Positions 12,283 through 25,504 of a DNA stretch of 64,000 nucleotides are shown piece after piece. The stretch comes from Octopus vulgaris (taxonomy: Eukaryota): assembly GCA_951406725.2 (NCBI GenBank), contig OX597828.1:71300001-71364000 (forward strand), written 5' to 3'. The notes beneath the pieces are model-generated. The model ran no database searches. It was not told the origin of the DNA and saw only the letters and a program-made list of their open reading frames with translations. The translations under genes were made by a program, and so were the position numbers. Numbering within the stretch: the first letter of the stretch is position 1; each line of letters begins with the position of its first letter.

Positions 12283-15200
12283 CTGTAAATAACAATAATA
12301 ATAAATTCTGTGATCTTCCTGTCACATCTGTGAACTTGGAGATCCGCTTCCCTCCAGTTTCCAATATTTTTGCAACTTAGCAATATACAACAGAATCAGT
12401 TCTGTCCGTCTTACCACACATGTCGATGACATTCACAGACCTTTACACACCATCTCCACTATACACGCGTTATATATATATATATATATATATACACATC
12501 ATATCGTATATACACAGAGTCACACCCTCCACCCAGAAACCTCTCACTTCCCATCTACACGCTCTTCCTCTCTACCTCCCACCACCTCTTTATATCTACA
12601 GAACCAGACTTACACCCTCCTTTCTTTCAATCTATATATCTAATTATCGTTTCATTTCTCTCTGACTATCACTCTCTCCCTCCCTCTATCTCTCCCTCTA
12701 TCTCTCTCTCTCTCTTTCTCTCTATCATATTCCTCCCCTTCTTTACATCTCGTTTTCTTAACGTTTCAAACTCTCGTCCAAGCGAGATTAATGATTCTCC
12801 CCCCCCCCTGAAACACTCCCGGTTTTTTCTTGTTGTTTGTTTAAAAGACACAAAACATGTCTTTGTGTCTTCCTTGTGTCTTCGTCGGAGTCGATTTCAG
12901 TCGATTCTTTTTACATCTAGGTTTTACATTACGATCGATACCTCTATCTATCAATCTGGGTTTTGTAGATTTTTTTACATCAAGTTTTACTTACGATCGA
13001 TCCCTCTTTATAGATATTTGCAATTGGTAATCGAATTTATTGACTCATTTCGTAAATAAATTTAACAATAATAATAACGCATGACCCTGATTTTAAACGT
13101 TCCCGATTTGCACGGTTCATTGTTGGATCAGTTGTGTAAAACGAGGGACAAGTCAACGCCCACATCGTCTTCATCATTTTACATCCACTCTCTAGGCTCA
13201 CATAAACGGCCTAAGCCATCGTGGTGCGAGTTACTTCATATTTGCAACCACTCACTTTATAGATTAGCCGAAGGACACCATTTTGCCGGCAGGTTTAATT
13301 TTTCGCATGGTTTCTACAGGTAGCTGCCCTTCCTGATACCAATCGCTTTACAGAATGGAGTGGGTACATTTTTATCGTAGCACCAGCACAAGAGAGGTTT
13401 CAAATCCGAAGCAAGGACACATCAAATGGATCCTCTTTAGTCTACACTATTCACAGATAGATTCTCCTTCACCAGCCCCTGGCATTATGGACAGATGTAA
13501 ATATATATTATATATCTATCAACATATATATAATGACGATGATCCAGTCCATACTGTACACTTGTTGGCATTTGGAAGGGCATCCAGCTGTAAAGGCCAT
13601 GCCAAAACTGACCTGCACCTGTGCTGGTGCCACATAAAAAGCACTCAGTCCACTTTGCAAGGGGATTGGTGTTAGGAAGGGCATCCAGCCATGAAAACTG
13701 CCAAAACAGACACAGAAGTATGATGCAGGCTTCTACTTGGCCAGCTTCTGTCAAACCGTCCAACCCATGCCAGCATGGAAAGTGGACGTTAAACAATGAT
13801 GATGAAGACATTTGCAACCATGTGACTTTGGGTTCAGTCCCACAGTAGAGCACATTTGGCATGAGTCTATGCTATAGCCTTGGGTCAACCAATACCTTGA
13901 TTGCGATTTTGTTAGAAGGAAACTCTCTGGAATCTTTTCATAGCCATCATTTCACTATCCACTGAAGGCTCGACTTTGCCTTTCATCCTTTTGGGGGTCA
14001 ATGAAATGAGTACCAGTTAAGTACTGGGATCAATGTAATTGACTCCCTTCCCCAAAAATTTTAGGCCTTGTACAGAAAGGATTATTTTAACATCCACTTT
14101 TCCATGCTTGCATGGGTCAGAAGGAATTTGGTTGAGGTGGATCTTTCTAAGGCCAGATCCTCTTCCTAACACAAACTCTCACAGCATCATCATCTTTTAA
14201 TATCCATCTTCCATGCTAGCATGTATTGCTTGGTTTGATAGGATCCAACAGGTCTGATGCAGGACCATCTTAACAGCCTTACAGGGTATTAAAGGGCAAA
14301 TCAGTGCACTGGGCTCAAGAATATTTATTTCTTGACAGTAATCCACAGCAGACATAGTTTTAAATGTGCCCCAGACCTGTGGGGCCCTGAGCAACGGCCC
14401 AGTGTGACCCATACCTGAAAACAGCATTGGCCTGAGGACTAGATCATATTTCAATGTCTGCTTTGGTATGGTTCCTATTGCTGGATGCCCTCCTTTTTAA
14501 CACTAACCACTTTACAATGTGTACTGGGTGCTTTTCTTCATGGCAACTGCACTAACAAGGTCACTGAGCAGCTTGCATGGCTGAGATCTCGTTCAACTGA
14601 GTTTGGGTCCAATTGACAAAGATGGCTTTATGCTGAGAGGTGTGGTGCTAAATTTATGAAAAAACAAGCCAGAACAGGTTTCTTGCTATAAAGGAGCCCC
14701 CATGGTAACTCACACAGAAGAGAGAATAAGATAGGGCTGGAAACAGATAAATAGTGGTGATGAAGATTCAGAATAGACTCTCAAGGTCCGAGGAGAAGAT
14801 GAACAGAGGTGAGTAAATGTTAGGTTAAAAACCTTTGGATAGAAAAAGTTTTAACCTCGTATTTATTTACACAGTATTATTTATAGCTTTATCTGCTTTG
14901 AGATTCACCGTTCCTAAAAAGAATTATTTCCTATCATCAATGTTTCTAAATTCTCATAACATCAACAATATCCTTTCAATATCTGGCAGAAGCCACTCAC
15001 CTTTACCTATCCTTCATCACAAATACTTCTTAGTCGGGAGAGCTTTTTCTTTCCTTTCCATCTCATCTTCCTCTTTTATTTATTTATTTATTTATCTTTC
15101 TGTTTTGCAAATTACATGGCAACCTCACTAGTGCTGGTGCCAAGGAAAAGGCATCCAGCTGTAGAAACCATGCCTAAGATGATGTTGGAGTTCAACACAG

Positions 15201-16074
15201 CCTTACAGCTTACTGGTCCCCTGTTACAACTGTCCTACCCATGCCAGCGTGGAAAGTGGATGTTAAATGAATAATAATAATAATAATAATAATACATGTG
15301 TGTGTGTGTATATGTGTGTGTGCGTGTATAAAATTTCATGATGATCGTATACACAAACTACACTGCCCTAACTAAATACTCCACTTGTCAAAAGAACGTG
15401 TTATGGAATTTGAGTTGATGTCTACCATAGATAAATAAATAAATAAAAACTGCTGCTGCAAAAGCAATAGTCTGACAAACAAAGACTTTTGGCGGTAAAA
15501 AATGAAAATATGGTCATTATTTAGCGGAATCTGACTCAGGCTTAAATCGTTCCCGCCTGATGAATGTGAAATTATTGTTTTCACACAAAACATTGAGTCA
15601 TAGCAACCAGCTGTTAGTATATTTGTAATTAAACTAGATTCTACACAGTCATTATATTCATATATGAGGGATTTTTGTTTGTTGACAAAGAACCAGGACC
15701 AATCACACACACACGCAAACATACAGACATACACACACACACGCACGCACACACACACACACACATACACACATATATATATATGTGTGTAGACATACCA
15801 TCATCATCATAATCTTCATTGTTTTAACATCCACTTATGTGTGCTTGCATGGGTTGGACAGAGTTTGTTGAAACAGATTTTCTACAGCTGGATGCCCTTC
15901 TATTCATCAACCCTCACCTGTTTCCAAGTCAGGTAATATTCCCCCTTCGCAAGACATGGTTTTCACAGAAGACTGGCAATGAAAGACATCGCTTCTATGT
16001 TGGCGAGGCTCATTTACAACCATCACATGTGTACAACACAAACACACACATAATATATATATATATATATATAT

Positions 16075-16463
16075 AGGTGAAGGAGTGGCTGTGTAATAAG
16101 AAGCTTGCTTCCCAACCACATGGTTCTGGGTTCAGTCCCACTGTGTGGCACCTTGGACAAGCTTCGGGCTGACCAAAGCCTTGTGAGTGGATTTGGTAAA
16201 TAGAAACTGAAAGAAGCCTGTTGTATATGTATATATATATGTATGTATTTGTGTGTCTGTGTTTGTCCCCTCACTATCACTTGGCAACCGATGTTGGTGT
16301 GTTTATATCCCCATAACTTAGCGGTTCAGCAACATAGACTAGTGGAATAAGTACTAGGCTAACAATGAATTAGTCCTAGGGTTGAGTTGTTTGACTAAAA
16401 GGTGGTGCTCCAGCATGGCCACAGTTAAATGACTGAAACAAGTAAAAGAATAAAAAAATAAAA
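16075..16463 (+). mobile_element. tRNA-derived SINE family A copy
   Basis: Same head, body and tail as 4493-4890, with a small internal deletion. Confidence 0.85.
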
Positions 16464-16464
16464 G

Positions 16465-16521
<57 letters not shown>

Positions 16522-18084
16522 TTGCAGTTCCTACTGGTTATGTTTCTTTTCTCTTACTGCCCTTCCCCTACTAAATGCAAGTAGCCATGCAGATCTCAAA
16601 TAAGACAGACTCAGACCCCCCCCCCAACTGCATTAGGAAGGGCATCCAGCTGTAGAAATCCTGCCAAACCAGACATTGGAGTGCAATGTAGACCTTGGAT
16701 TCTTCCATCCTGTCAGACTGTCCAACTCATGTCAGCAAGGAACAGGGACATTAAACGATGATGTATATGTATATCTATCTATATTATAATGGAGAAAGTT
16801 CCTTATTAATTAGGTACGTAACAGTTATTAAAAGAAAGCAATTATCAAAAGCTTGACCCTCTGGAAATTTTTTATAAATTCATGTTTCCTGTAATTTTGA
16901 TTTTTGAAGTTTATTGAATATTTAGCCGTGTGTGTCTGTTTGTCTGTATGTACATTTATGTGTATGTTGAATGTATGTGGTTGAGGGTGGCTATGAATGC
17001 AATACAAGAGAAATGAGAAGGGATCAAGGCGTTTGGATTTCTGTTAGGCAAATGAGTAAATATTTGCATTGGTAACTGTAGAAGACCAACCGACCACTTT
17101 ATCTCCTACCAATAAAACAAACCTGCAATCCAAATAGACTTTATACTCTTCAGGAAGCAGTATGAACAGATGGTTGCGAATACTAAGTGTTTCGCCAGAT
17201 AAGAATGCTCTACTCAACATAGACAAGTGGTTAGAGATGTCAGAGAGAGAGAGAACTGGCTGGGGACTGAAAGGACAGCTTGATAAACACCGGATGAGAG
17301 AGAGAGAGCTTCTTGGTGACAAAGAAGAGGAAGAAATAGAGACTTGTAGCACAGAAGAGGTTTTGTAGGCCACAGATGACAAGACCTGCTGTTGAGACAA
17401 GATAGCAGGCAGATGATAAACATGGAAGAGAAAAATACTGTAGACAGAGATATAAAAGATTAAAAAAACAAAAAAGACTGCCATAGACCGAAAAGGAGGA
17501 GAGCAAAGACCCAATATTAAGTAACTAGAACAGTTTTGATTAGTGAAGAAAGAAGCAGAAAACAAGAGGTTTATTGATGTTCTGTGATGAAAGGAGTAGA
17601 GATAAGAAGGGGTTCCGGATTGCAAAACATTATATTGGGGTGATTCAGACATACCTGGGGTAAAAGAGTGTTTGGAATGAGAGTGGCACACTTACTTTCA
17701 GAGAAGCTGAACAGAAAGAGGTTTGGAAATGTTATTGAGACAAGTTATAATAAAAAGAAATAGAACGAGGGACATAGCTTATGGATTATTAGTGTATTTC
17801 GTTTTATCCATGACAGTTTTTTTATAGATTACATCGTCTAATTCTATTTCGGGATTAATCGTTCTCTGAAATAGAAAATGGTTGGAATCTTATCCAGTGC
17901 AGTCACACTATATATTCAAAGATAAATGAGTGAGATCTGGTAGATATTTTTAGTAGGTCGAGGGACCCTGCTGAAGATATTACACAGTAAATGCATTTGT
18001 GTATTGTACAGCTATAAAGTTGATTCCCAATCATTTTAATAGTAAACAATTTGAATAAAATTAGGTAGTTAGTAAATTATATAT

Positions 18085-18260
18085 CTTACTTTCTCGTTAA
18101 TCGTTGCTGAAAATTATTATTATTGTTATTGATATTGATATTTATTGTTTACAACAAAAACAATGCAATTTCAACGAAGGTTAAAAATAAAATTTCGTTT
18201 CGTCAAGTCAGTGTTTATTTTTATGTCTAACCGGAAGTTGCATGTTGCCGGTATTTCAAC
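18085..18260. promoter_or_regulatory. Putative bidirectional promoter between MFSD5 (5'UTR exon, minus donor A|GTAAG at 18089) and METTL1
   Basis: ETS consensus ACCGGAAGT at 18230-18238, just upstream of the METTL1 ATG. Minus-strand donor at 18085-18089. Locally CpG-retaining. Confidence 0.5.
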
Positions 18261-18364
18261 ATGGCAGTGTTTGAGAAAAGTCCACAAGAATGTCGATTGC
18301 CACAGAAGAAATACTTCCGACAGCGGGCTCATTCCAACCCAATCGCTGACCATACGTTTGACTA
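18261..18364 (+). CDS. METTL1: tRNA (guanine-N7)-methyltransferase, exon 1
   Basis: [34 protein letters not shown] contains the conserved [12 protein letters not shown] motif. Donor gtgagt at 18365, phase 2. Missed by the ORF track. Confidence 0.93.
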
Positions 18365-18559
18365 GTGAGTCTTGACCATTTTCACTTTGTCTCAACTTGT
18401 ATTTGTGTTTATGTGTCTGTATGCAATATACATGTGTTTATTTTTTTATGAAAATAAATTCTGTTTGTTACTATTTGCAATAATTCAGTGAAAAAGGAAT
18501 ATATTTTACGAAAGAAAAACGAGAAAAGAAAGAAGAAAGAAAGATATCAGTGCAACACC

Positions 18560-19215
18560 AATTGCTTCAACTGGTCGTACACCACAAGGCTCAACGCGAC
18601 CTACTGAAGCAAGCCAACACACTGGCAAGCATTACCACAGACGATGGCGAGGCTGAGGCGTTGGAACAGCCAAGCACCCTCACGAGTGTCACTTGATACC
18701 TGGTTAAGACGAACCGCCAACGATGACAAGAACTTCGCCGTTAGTGGCCCAGACCTTTTCAAACATCTCAAACGCCACGGCCTGGAGGAGATGGTTCACT
18801 GACAAGTCCCGATACTTAAGGATTTCATTCTGTTCGGCTATGGAAGCAGTGACCCTTCCATTTACTGCAGCATCCAGGATGTGGGAGGGAGCAAAGGAAT
18901 CACAGACTGACATCCCAGATGTGGCACCTACCTCTTAGTCAGTCACAGACGGTAAGACCATCTGGTCTCTTCCCATCGTTTCTGGATAATCCCGTCGGCT
19001 CCAGAACTGAGGGGATATTAACCTGAGCCAGGTCCCGCTTAATGATAAGTTTAGCTCATTGTGACGAGTGAAACACCCAGCATTTCGTTGGCAAGACAGA
19101 CCATGAAGACCTGTGGAGCCTACCATGTCAACATCTCAGACCCCTACATATGTCGGCTCCTACTGTGGGTGCAATGGAGATGTGGAGCTCAACTTGACTG
19201 AGTAGGCCACAAGGA
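18560..19215 (-). mobile_element. 3' fragment of a CRE-like non-LTR retrotransposon (zinc knuckle plus restriction-like endonuclease)
   Basis: Across frameshifts the minus strand reads GLHGLSC…RHNELN…[15 protein letters not shown]…WDV…KYRDL…REGAWLFQRLSLAIVCGNA. Confidence 0.75.
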
Positions 19216-19917
19216 GGACATCAACCCAGTCATACAAGAATTTTGCACTTGCACATAAATATGTATGTGCATGTATATGTAAATGTATGTATATATATAT
19301 GTGTGTATAATTATGTATGTATATATAGATATGAGTGTATATATATATATGCAGTATGTATGTATACATATATACATTCAAGGGCATATCAGACATATAC
19401 ATATAATGAATATGTCTGATATGACCTTGAATTGCTGCTGATTTGGGAGTTCCAGGGTTTTGAAGAGTGTGAAACCTCTTCCCAGTTCTGCTCTGACTTG
19501 TAGCAGTTGTCAGTGTCCCAGCTATGGGCTAATTTGCATGTTACAGTAGAAACTCCAAGCACAAACCTGCACAGCTTTGTGAATGTCTTATAAAAGGAAG
19601 AGACCAGGGGAGTCAATCTTGACAGGAAATCAAGGAGTGGAGTCTATCAGGTGGTCCAGTGTATCCAAAGGAGTGGAAGGCCACTGAGCCGCTGTGGTCA
19701 GACTTCCATTTCTAAAGAGTGAGATTGGATTGCATGAACTGATTCTTTCTTTAAAACTACTAAATTCACAGACAGGAAGAGAAGCCCAGCAGTGATGGAG
19801 GTGAGATAAAAATGACAAGGATTAGTGTCAGAGACTATTGTTCAAGGGTTGGTTTATATCAGTTGAAAGTATGGTCACTTTTCTTCATCTTCTTCAGACA
19901 TGAAAAACTGTTTTCAT

Positions 19918-20673
19918 ATCAGGTGTGTGTCTGGACTGTTGCCATAGTAACAAGGCTAAAACAGGCAGAGTAAAGCCATTTGGTGCAGATTGATCTTGAG
20001 CTCTGCTGTTCATGTGCACTAAGTTTTAACTTCTAGCTCACTTCTGCTGTTTACAGCAGTACTTCAAAGGAAGGTGTGTAGTGTGTGATCGTCGCAATGA
20101 TTATGACAGAGAAAGTTGAGCAGAAAATCTGCATCCAATTTTGCCAAAAGCTTGGCATTACCTGCTCAAAGGCCTACACTAAGTTTCCATCATTCTCAAC
20201 ACAATCAAGGAAATCTTGTGCAACTGAAACAGAAGTGTCCTTTTGGTCAACTCAAAGCAGTTTTGGCACAAACTTGGCAGACATGTGTCTCATACCCAAA
20301 TTTTCAGTGATAATGTACTGAACTGAACCATAACTAATCTGCACATCCTCTGATAACTCACGGATGGTAATTCAAAGATTTCTCCTCGCAGCTGCTTGCA
20401 CATCAGCAGTGTTTTTCTCAGCTGTTGCAGGTCTCCCAGAACATTTCTCAATATCAACATATTTTTGGCCATTTTGGAAACGTCTGAACCACTCGCACAC
20501 TGGTGTGGGCCTCATACATTCCTCTCCATACACTTTCTGCAAGTTTGTATAGGTCTCTGTCATGGTCAATGCACAGCAAAGTTGATGGTCAGTCTGTGCC
20601 GAGCGGCTTTACTCTGCATGCTTTAGCTTCGTTACTATGGCAACAGTCTGGATACTTATTGATCTGATCATGT
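19918..20673. mobile_element. Mariner-derived element made of two inverted 5' ends
   Basis: Inverted ends gactgttgccatagtaac. The plus strand encodes EQKICIQFCQKLG and the minus strand TETYTNLQKVYGEECM…VCEWFRRFQNG…SGRP (mariner HTH). Confidence 0.7.
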
Positions 20674-20679
20674 ATATAT

Positions 20680-22900
20680 GCTTCCCATTTACTCCGCCCT
20701 CAATTCCGAGTGGGGTCATGTGGGATAGAGTCCTGAGGCACCTCCTTCATAGGATCCTGTCAGAAGCAACTATCATTACCTTTTTGTGTTGGATTCCCAA
20801 GTGTGGCCAACTGAGATTATGGATATTTATACAACCCTCTTGTCCTTGGTCTACTCCTAGGTCTCTTGTTGGCTCAGCTTGAAGAATTCATCTTGAAATT
20901 CTTTCCTGATGTGGTGTAAGTAACTTCTTAATGCAGAGAATTAGTAGCTTGACCTGGGAGACCACCTTGTCTGTAAGCTATGCACCCTGTCAAGTAATAT
21001 TACGCCAGATATCCTTCAGAAGAATCCCATTTCAGCTGCTTTTGTTTGTGCTTGTGTTCTTCCCATCATTGCCCAACATTCATGACCCTTGAAGAGGATC
21101 AGCATGGAGACCAAATTGAAGATAGCAAGTGTGGCCCTTTTGGCTAATTTCTCTTCTGAAGATTGAATGCTGGAGCATTTGTGTTGGTGCCAGCAATTCT
21201 AGCATCCAATTCAACTTCCTGCTACCCATCACTCAAGAATGTGGCCCCAAGATGCTTAAATGTCTCCATTTGTCTCGCTGATGTTTCATTACCATGTACA
21301 GGGGTTTGACAAAATATTGGAAACATTTAAATTTCAAACAAATTTATTTTAATATGGGGTAGGACTTCCTTTGGCAGTAATTACAGCTTGAATTCTACAA
21401 GGTATGGACTCGTACAAAGTTTAAATTGTTTCCAAAGGAATTTTTGTCCATTCTTCAGCTAAAACAGTCTCCAGTTCTTGTAGTGATGATGGTGGAGGAT
21501 ATCGACTCCTTACTTGTTTTTCTAAAATGCACCATAAATGTTCAATAATATTGAGATCTGGGGACTGTGGTGGTCAGATAAGATGTTCAACTTCACTAGA
21601 ATGTTCCACGTGTCATTCAGTAACGACTTTAGCTGTGTGAATTGGTGCATTATCACCCTGAAAGATTGCGTTTCCCTCCAGAAACAGATCTGCAACCATA
21701 GGATGAATTTGATCAGATAAAATGCTTAAACAGTCCTGACTATTAATTCTGCCATGAAGGGAAACCATTGGGCTGGCAAATTTCCAAGATATAGCCCCCC
21801 CCCCCGATCATCACAGATCATCCTCCATGTTTAACAGTTGGAAGAAGGCAGTCTGGGTCAAATGCTTCTTTTGACTGTCTCCACATGTATACTTGGCCAG
21901 TGGTCGGAAATAAGGTAAAGGATGACTCTTCTGAGAAAATAACATTCTTCCATTGCTCTAGGGACCAATTCTGTAGGTTTTTATTCCACTCTAAATACTT
22001 TGCAACGTTTGTTTTTGAATGTAGTGGTGGTTTTCTGATTGAAGCCCTCCTGTGAAATCCAGCTTTGTGCAGCTCCCGGCAAACAGTTTTTGTGGAAACT
22101 TGGCTCCTGAGGTGGTCATTAAGCTCTGCAGTAATTTTGGGAGCTGTACTTTTGTGATCCTTTCTAACAATTTGCATAAGAGTCCAACGGTCCGTATCTG
22201 AAAGTTTTGGTTTTCTTCCAGAGTTTTGTTCCGACGAGGAGGTTTTTCCCTCTTTCTCAAAGGCTGTCGTTACTTTCAAGATAGCGCTTCTTGATACACC
22301 AAATATTTTGGCTGTTTTCAATATGCTAGCACCTGCCATACGAGCACCAACAATTTGACCTCTTTGAAAGTCCGACAGATCTGTCATTCTAATGAATTTT
22401 AATTACCTTTTTCTGATGATATCTGAAAAGAAGCAACAATTTTAGCAAAAAATATTAAGCAACACTAATAATAAATCGAAAAACAAAAATAAACAAGCTT
22501 TTGGCAGTTTTATAGATATTTCAAAATTATGATGCTAGGTGTTTGTATTATTTTGTCCAACCCCTGTACAGTTATAGTGGGAAGACTTTCTTGATAGGAT
22601 CAATTTCTAAGTCCTTGCAGCACTAATTCTCATCCCTGCCTCACATTATTTGGCTATGAATTATTTCAGTGCATACTGCAGGTCACCTGCTGATGAAGTA
22701 ATTAGCACCATGTTGCTGCAAGTATCAGCTGGTGGATCCTTACAATCACTGGTTGTGATAACACTTCAACAACAGGTGTGCATATCAAACCAATTCACAA
22801 AAATCATGAAAAGGAGGGGTGTCAATACAAACCCCTCCCAAAGTCTAGTACCCACAATGAAAGGTTCCAACCTTGCACCGTTTACCTGAATACAAGCATT
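20680..22900 (-). mobile_element. Degenerate RTE-like LINE reverse transcriptase remnant, interrupted by a Tc1 element
   Basis: Minus-strand remnants EGFVLTPLLFMIFVNW (QG motif region), VLITSSAGDLQYAL and ETFKHLG (FKYLG motif) lie on both sides of the Tc1 insertion. Confidence 0.6.
21299..22566 (-). mobile_element. Full-length but inactivated Tc1 DNA transposon
   Basis: TIRs CAGGGGTT(T/G)GACAAAATA flanked by TA at 21297-98 and 22567-68. Transposase MTDLSDFQRGQIVGARMAG…WKNVIFSEES…PTVKHGG at 22387-21818, then a premature stop. Confidence 0.92.
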
Positions 22901-23339
22901 TGGGCACGCGTGTGTGTCTCTCCCTCTCTCTCTCAGAGCACTAAGCCTTTAGGAGATGACAAAGGATCAAGATAACTGGTACTTTGCTGTACTCAGGAGA
23001 ACCTTGTACCACATAAGAAGTACCCCATGCTGGTGCCACGTGCTAAGTGCCCAGCACACTCTGTAGAGTGGTTGGCATTAGGAAGCGCATGTAGCTGTAG
23101 AAACCAAGCTCTGGTCAAACCATTTAACCCAGGACTGCATAGAAAATGGATATTAAATAATGATGATTATGTGAATATATACATAAATATTTATATTCGT
23201 GTATATGTATATATATATATGATATGCATGTGTATGTGTCCACACACACACACACTTGCATATATATATATAGTTGAAATTTACAGAAAAACAAATGAAG
23301 ACAGGTGTATTAGTTTGATGCTCAGGAAGGTAAGAAAGT

Positions 23340-23375
23340 CTTTTATGTTTCGAGCCTATGCTCTTCAACAGAAAG
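23340..23375 (-). ncRNA. Second copy of the variant-core hammerhead-like motif (CUGUUGA), in repeat ~23275-23410
   Basis: Minus strand reads CTTT-CTGTTGA-A-GAGC-ATAG-GCTC-GAAA-CATA-AAAG. Same family as 6428-6463. Confidence 0.55.
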
Positions 23376-23469
23376 GAACATGAAGAAATAAACAGAAAGA
23401 GAATTAAAAAAGAAAAAGTATATGTATGTGTGTGTGTAGATATATAGTCAAATGAATCAACCCTGGTAC

Positions 23470-23516
<47 letters not shown>

Positions 23517-23551
23517 TTATATATGTATTTTTAAAAATATATATACATATA

Positions 23552-23766
23552 CAATGATCCCTCAACTATCATCAGTATTATGTTCCAAAACCCCTGCGGT
23601 TGGTGAAAATCTGCGAAGTAGAATCAGAATGTACTGTATAATTTTTATATCTTTAAAATTATTTTAATAATTTGTATATATTTATTTTATTATAAATGCA
23701 AAACAACACCACAAAGGAATTGACATAAACTTAAATACTTAACCGAGACATGATGAGGGATTACTG
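23552..23766. mobile_element. Pogo/Tigger-like MITE
   Basis: Imperfect TIRs caatgatccctca / tgagggattactg, preceded by TA. Confidence 0.5.
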
Positions 23767-25379
23767 TGTATATATATATGTAAAAAAACACAAACTGGGA
23801 CAAGAACGCAAAACATTTAGAAGACAATACAAAAAAATGGACGGGACATTCGAAGCCTTCGATCTTCAGTCAAGAACCGGATCATCTTCGCAATTTTGGC
23901 TGATATATATTTCTTTATTGCCCACAGAGGGGACAAACAAGGACTAAAAAATTAAGTCAATTACATCGACCGCTATGTGTAACTGGTACTTATTTAATCG
24001 ACCTCGGCGGAATTTGAACTCAGAACATAAAGACAGACGAAATACCGCTAAGTATTTCGCCCGGCATGCTAATGATTCTGCCACACACACGCACACTAGC
24101 AGAAAACCGCCCTTTGGGCGGTTTTGTGATAGCCACTTTGATAATATTTTCACATTTGATACCTAAATTTAATAATTTTTATATTTTACGTCTAATTATT
24201 TCTTTGTATAATAATGCTCACTTGCTTAGTAAGTATTGCTTTCATTATTTTATCACGATGATTTATTTCTCTTTCTTAAACAAACATCAAGGTAGTCCAA
24301 CTACATTTAGTGTACAAAAAAAGTAGCAGTGATTACATAGAGATATTTTAATACCTATAGTGTATCAAATAGCCATAGCAACAAATTTACTTGATAATTC
24401 TTAGATAATGACGGAAAGAAATAAGTTGCATGAGCTCGAAGCTCATATAATTATTGCTGGTGTGTGTAAGAGAGAGAGAAAGAGAACATTACAAACAATG
24501 AATGAAATAAACATGAAATGAAAACATTGTATAAATAAAAGCTCAAGGAAGAAAAATTTGATTATCCCCACATGGTGAGTTGTAATGCAAAGAATATATA
24601 TATAAAATAAAAGATGGATAATGCATACAATTTACATAGTTTTAATAAATTTTATAAATGAAAGAGTATTGTGTTTGTCAACTGGTTTCACTTTCACTAA
24701 TCATGACATCAAAATTATTGTAATTTTGTATTCGCTTAAGAAGATTTTAGTCTATGTTGTGTATGGGAGTTTGTGAATGAAATGAATCAGCAAGTAGAAA
24801 AATCTAAGGAGTGGTAATTGGTGATCATTATTATTTGGGAGAGGAGGGAGGGTAATTGCTCATATTTTAGGGAGGAGATAAATAAATATACAAAAACCCA
24901 AAAGCTAAGGTAGTGAGGTGAAATATGTACAGTGATGGGTATGTGAACATGAATTAAAATATATACTGAGGCCAAAGTTGGTTATGGTTTCATATTTAGG
25001 CGTGTTCTGTATTTTTTGGTAAATGAATTTTCTTTATTTCAACATTCTTGTACAGAAATTGTTTCATTGCACCGGTAGATGGGGAAGGCTGTGAAGCTTG
25101 GTTGGATATTACCTGCACATCTCCCTATGTATTCACTCAAAGGGACCTGTTTTTACATTGGGAAACGGATCTGTTTCTTATGTAGTTTCTCCATCTAAGT
25201 GCCATATTCGACAAGTATGGCACACACCTAAATATGAACACATAATCAAATAAACAAAAAGATCTTCAAAATCTTAAAGCTACAAGATAATCCATGATTA
25301 ATTCAAAACAATCTGAATGCCAAAGGGTTAAATTATTTTTATTGAATGTTTTTTTTTTTGCTTTTGTTTCTATTTTCAG

Positions 25380-25504
25380 CCCTCCAAATCCTTCTTGTAT
25401 GAAATGGTCTGAATATTATCCCGAATTTTTCAGTGGAAATTCATCATTAAGTAGCCCCAAAGTTGAATTTGCAGATATTGGTTGTGGCTATGGAGGTCTT
25501 TTAG
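25380..25504 (+). CDS. METTL1: METTL1 exon 2 (SAM-binding motif VEFADIGCGYGGLL)
   Basis: ttttcag acceptor and G|gtgaga donor. Phases are consistent with exons 1 and 3. Confidence 0.95.

Noticed and set aside
23845-23880. Minus-strand CTGAAGA…GAAT GTC as another hammerhead
   Set aside because: It has GAAT instead of GAAA and no stem I pairing can be formed.
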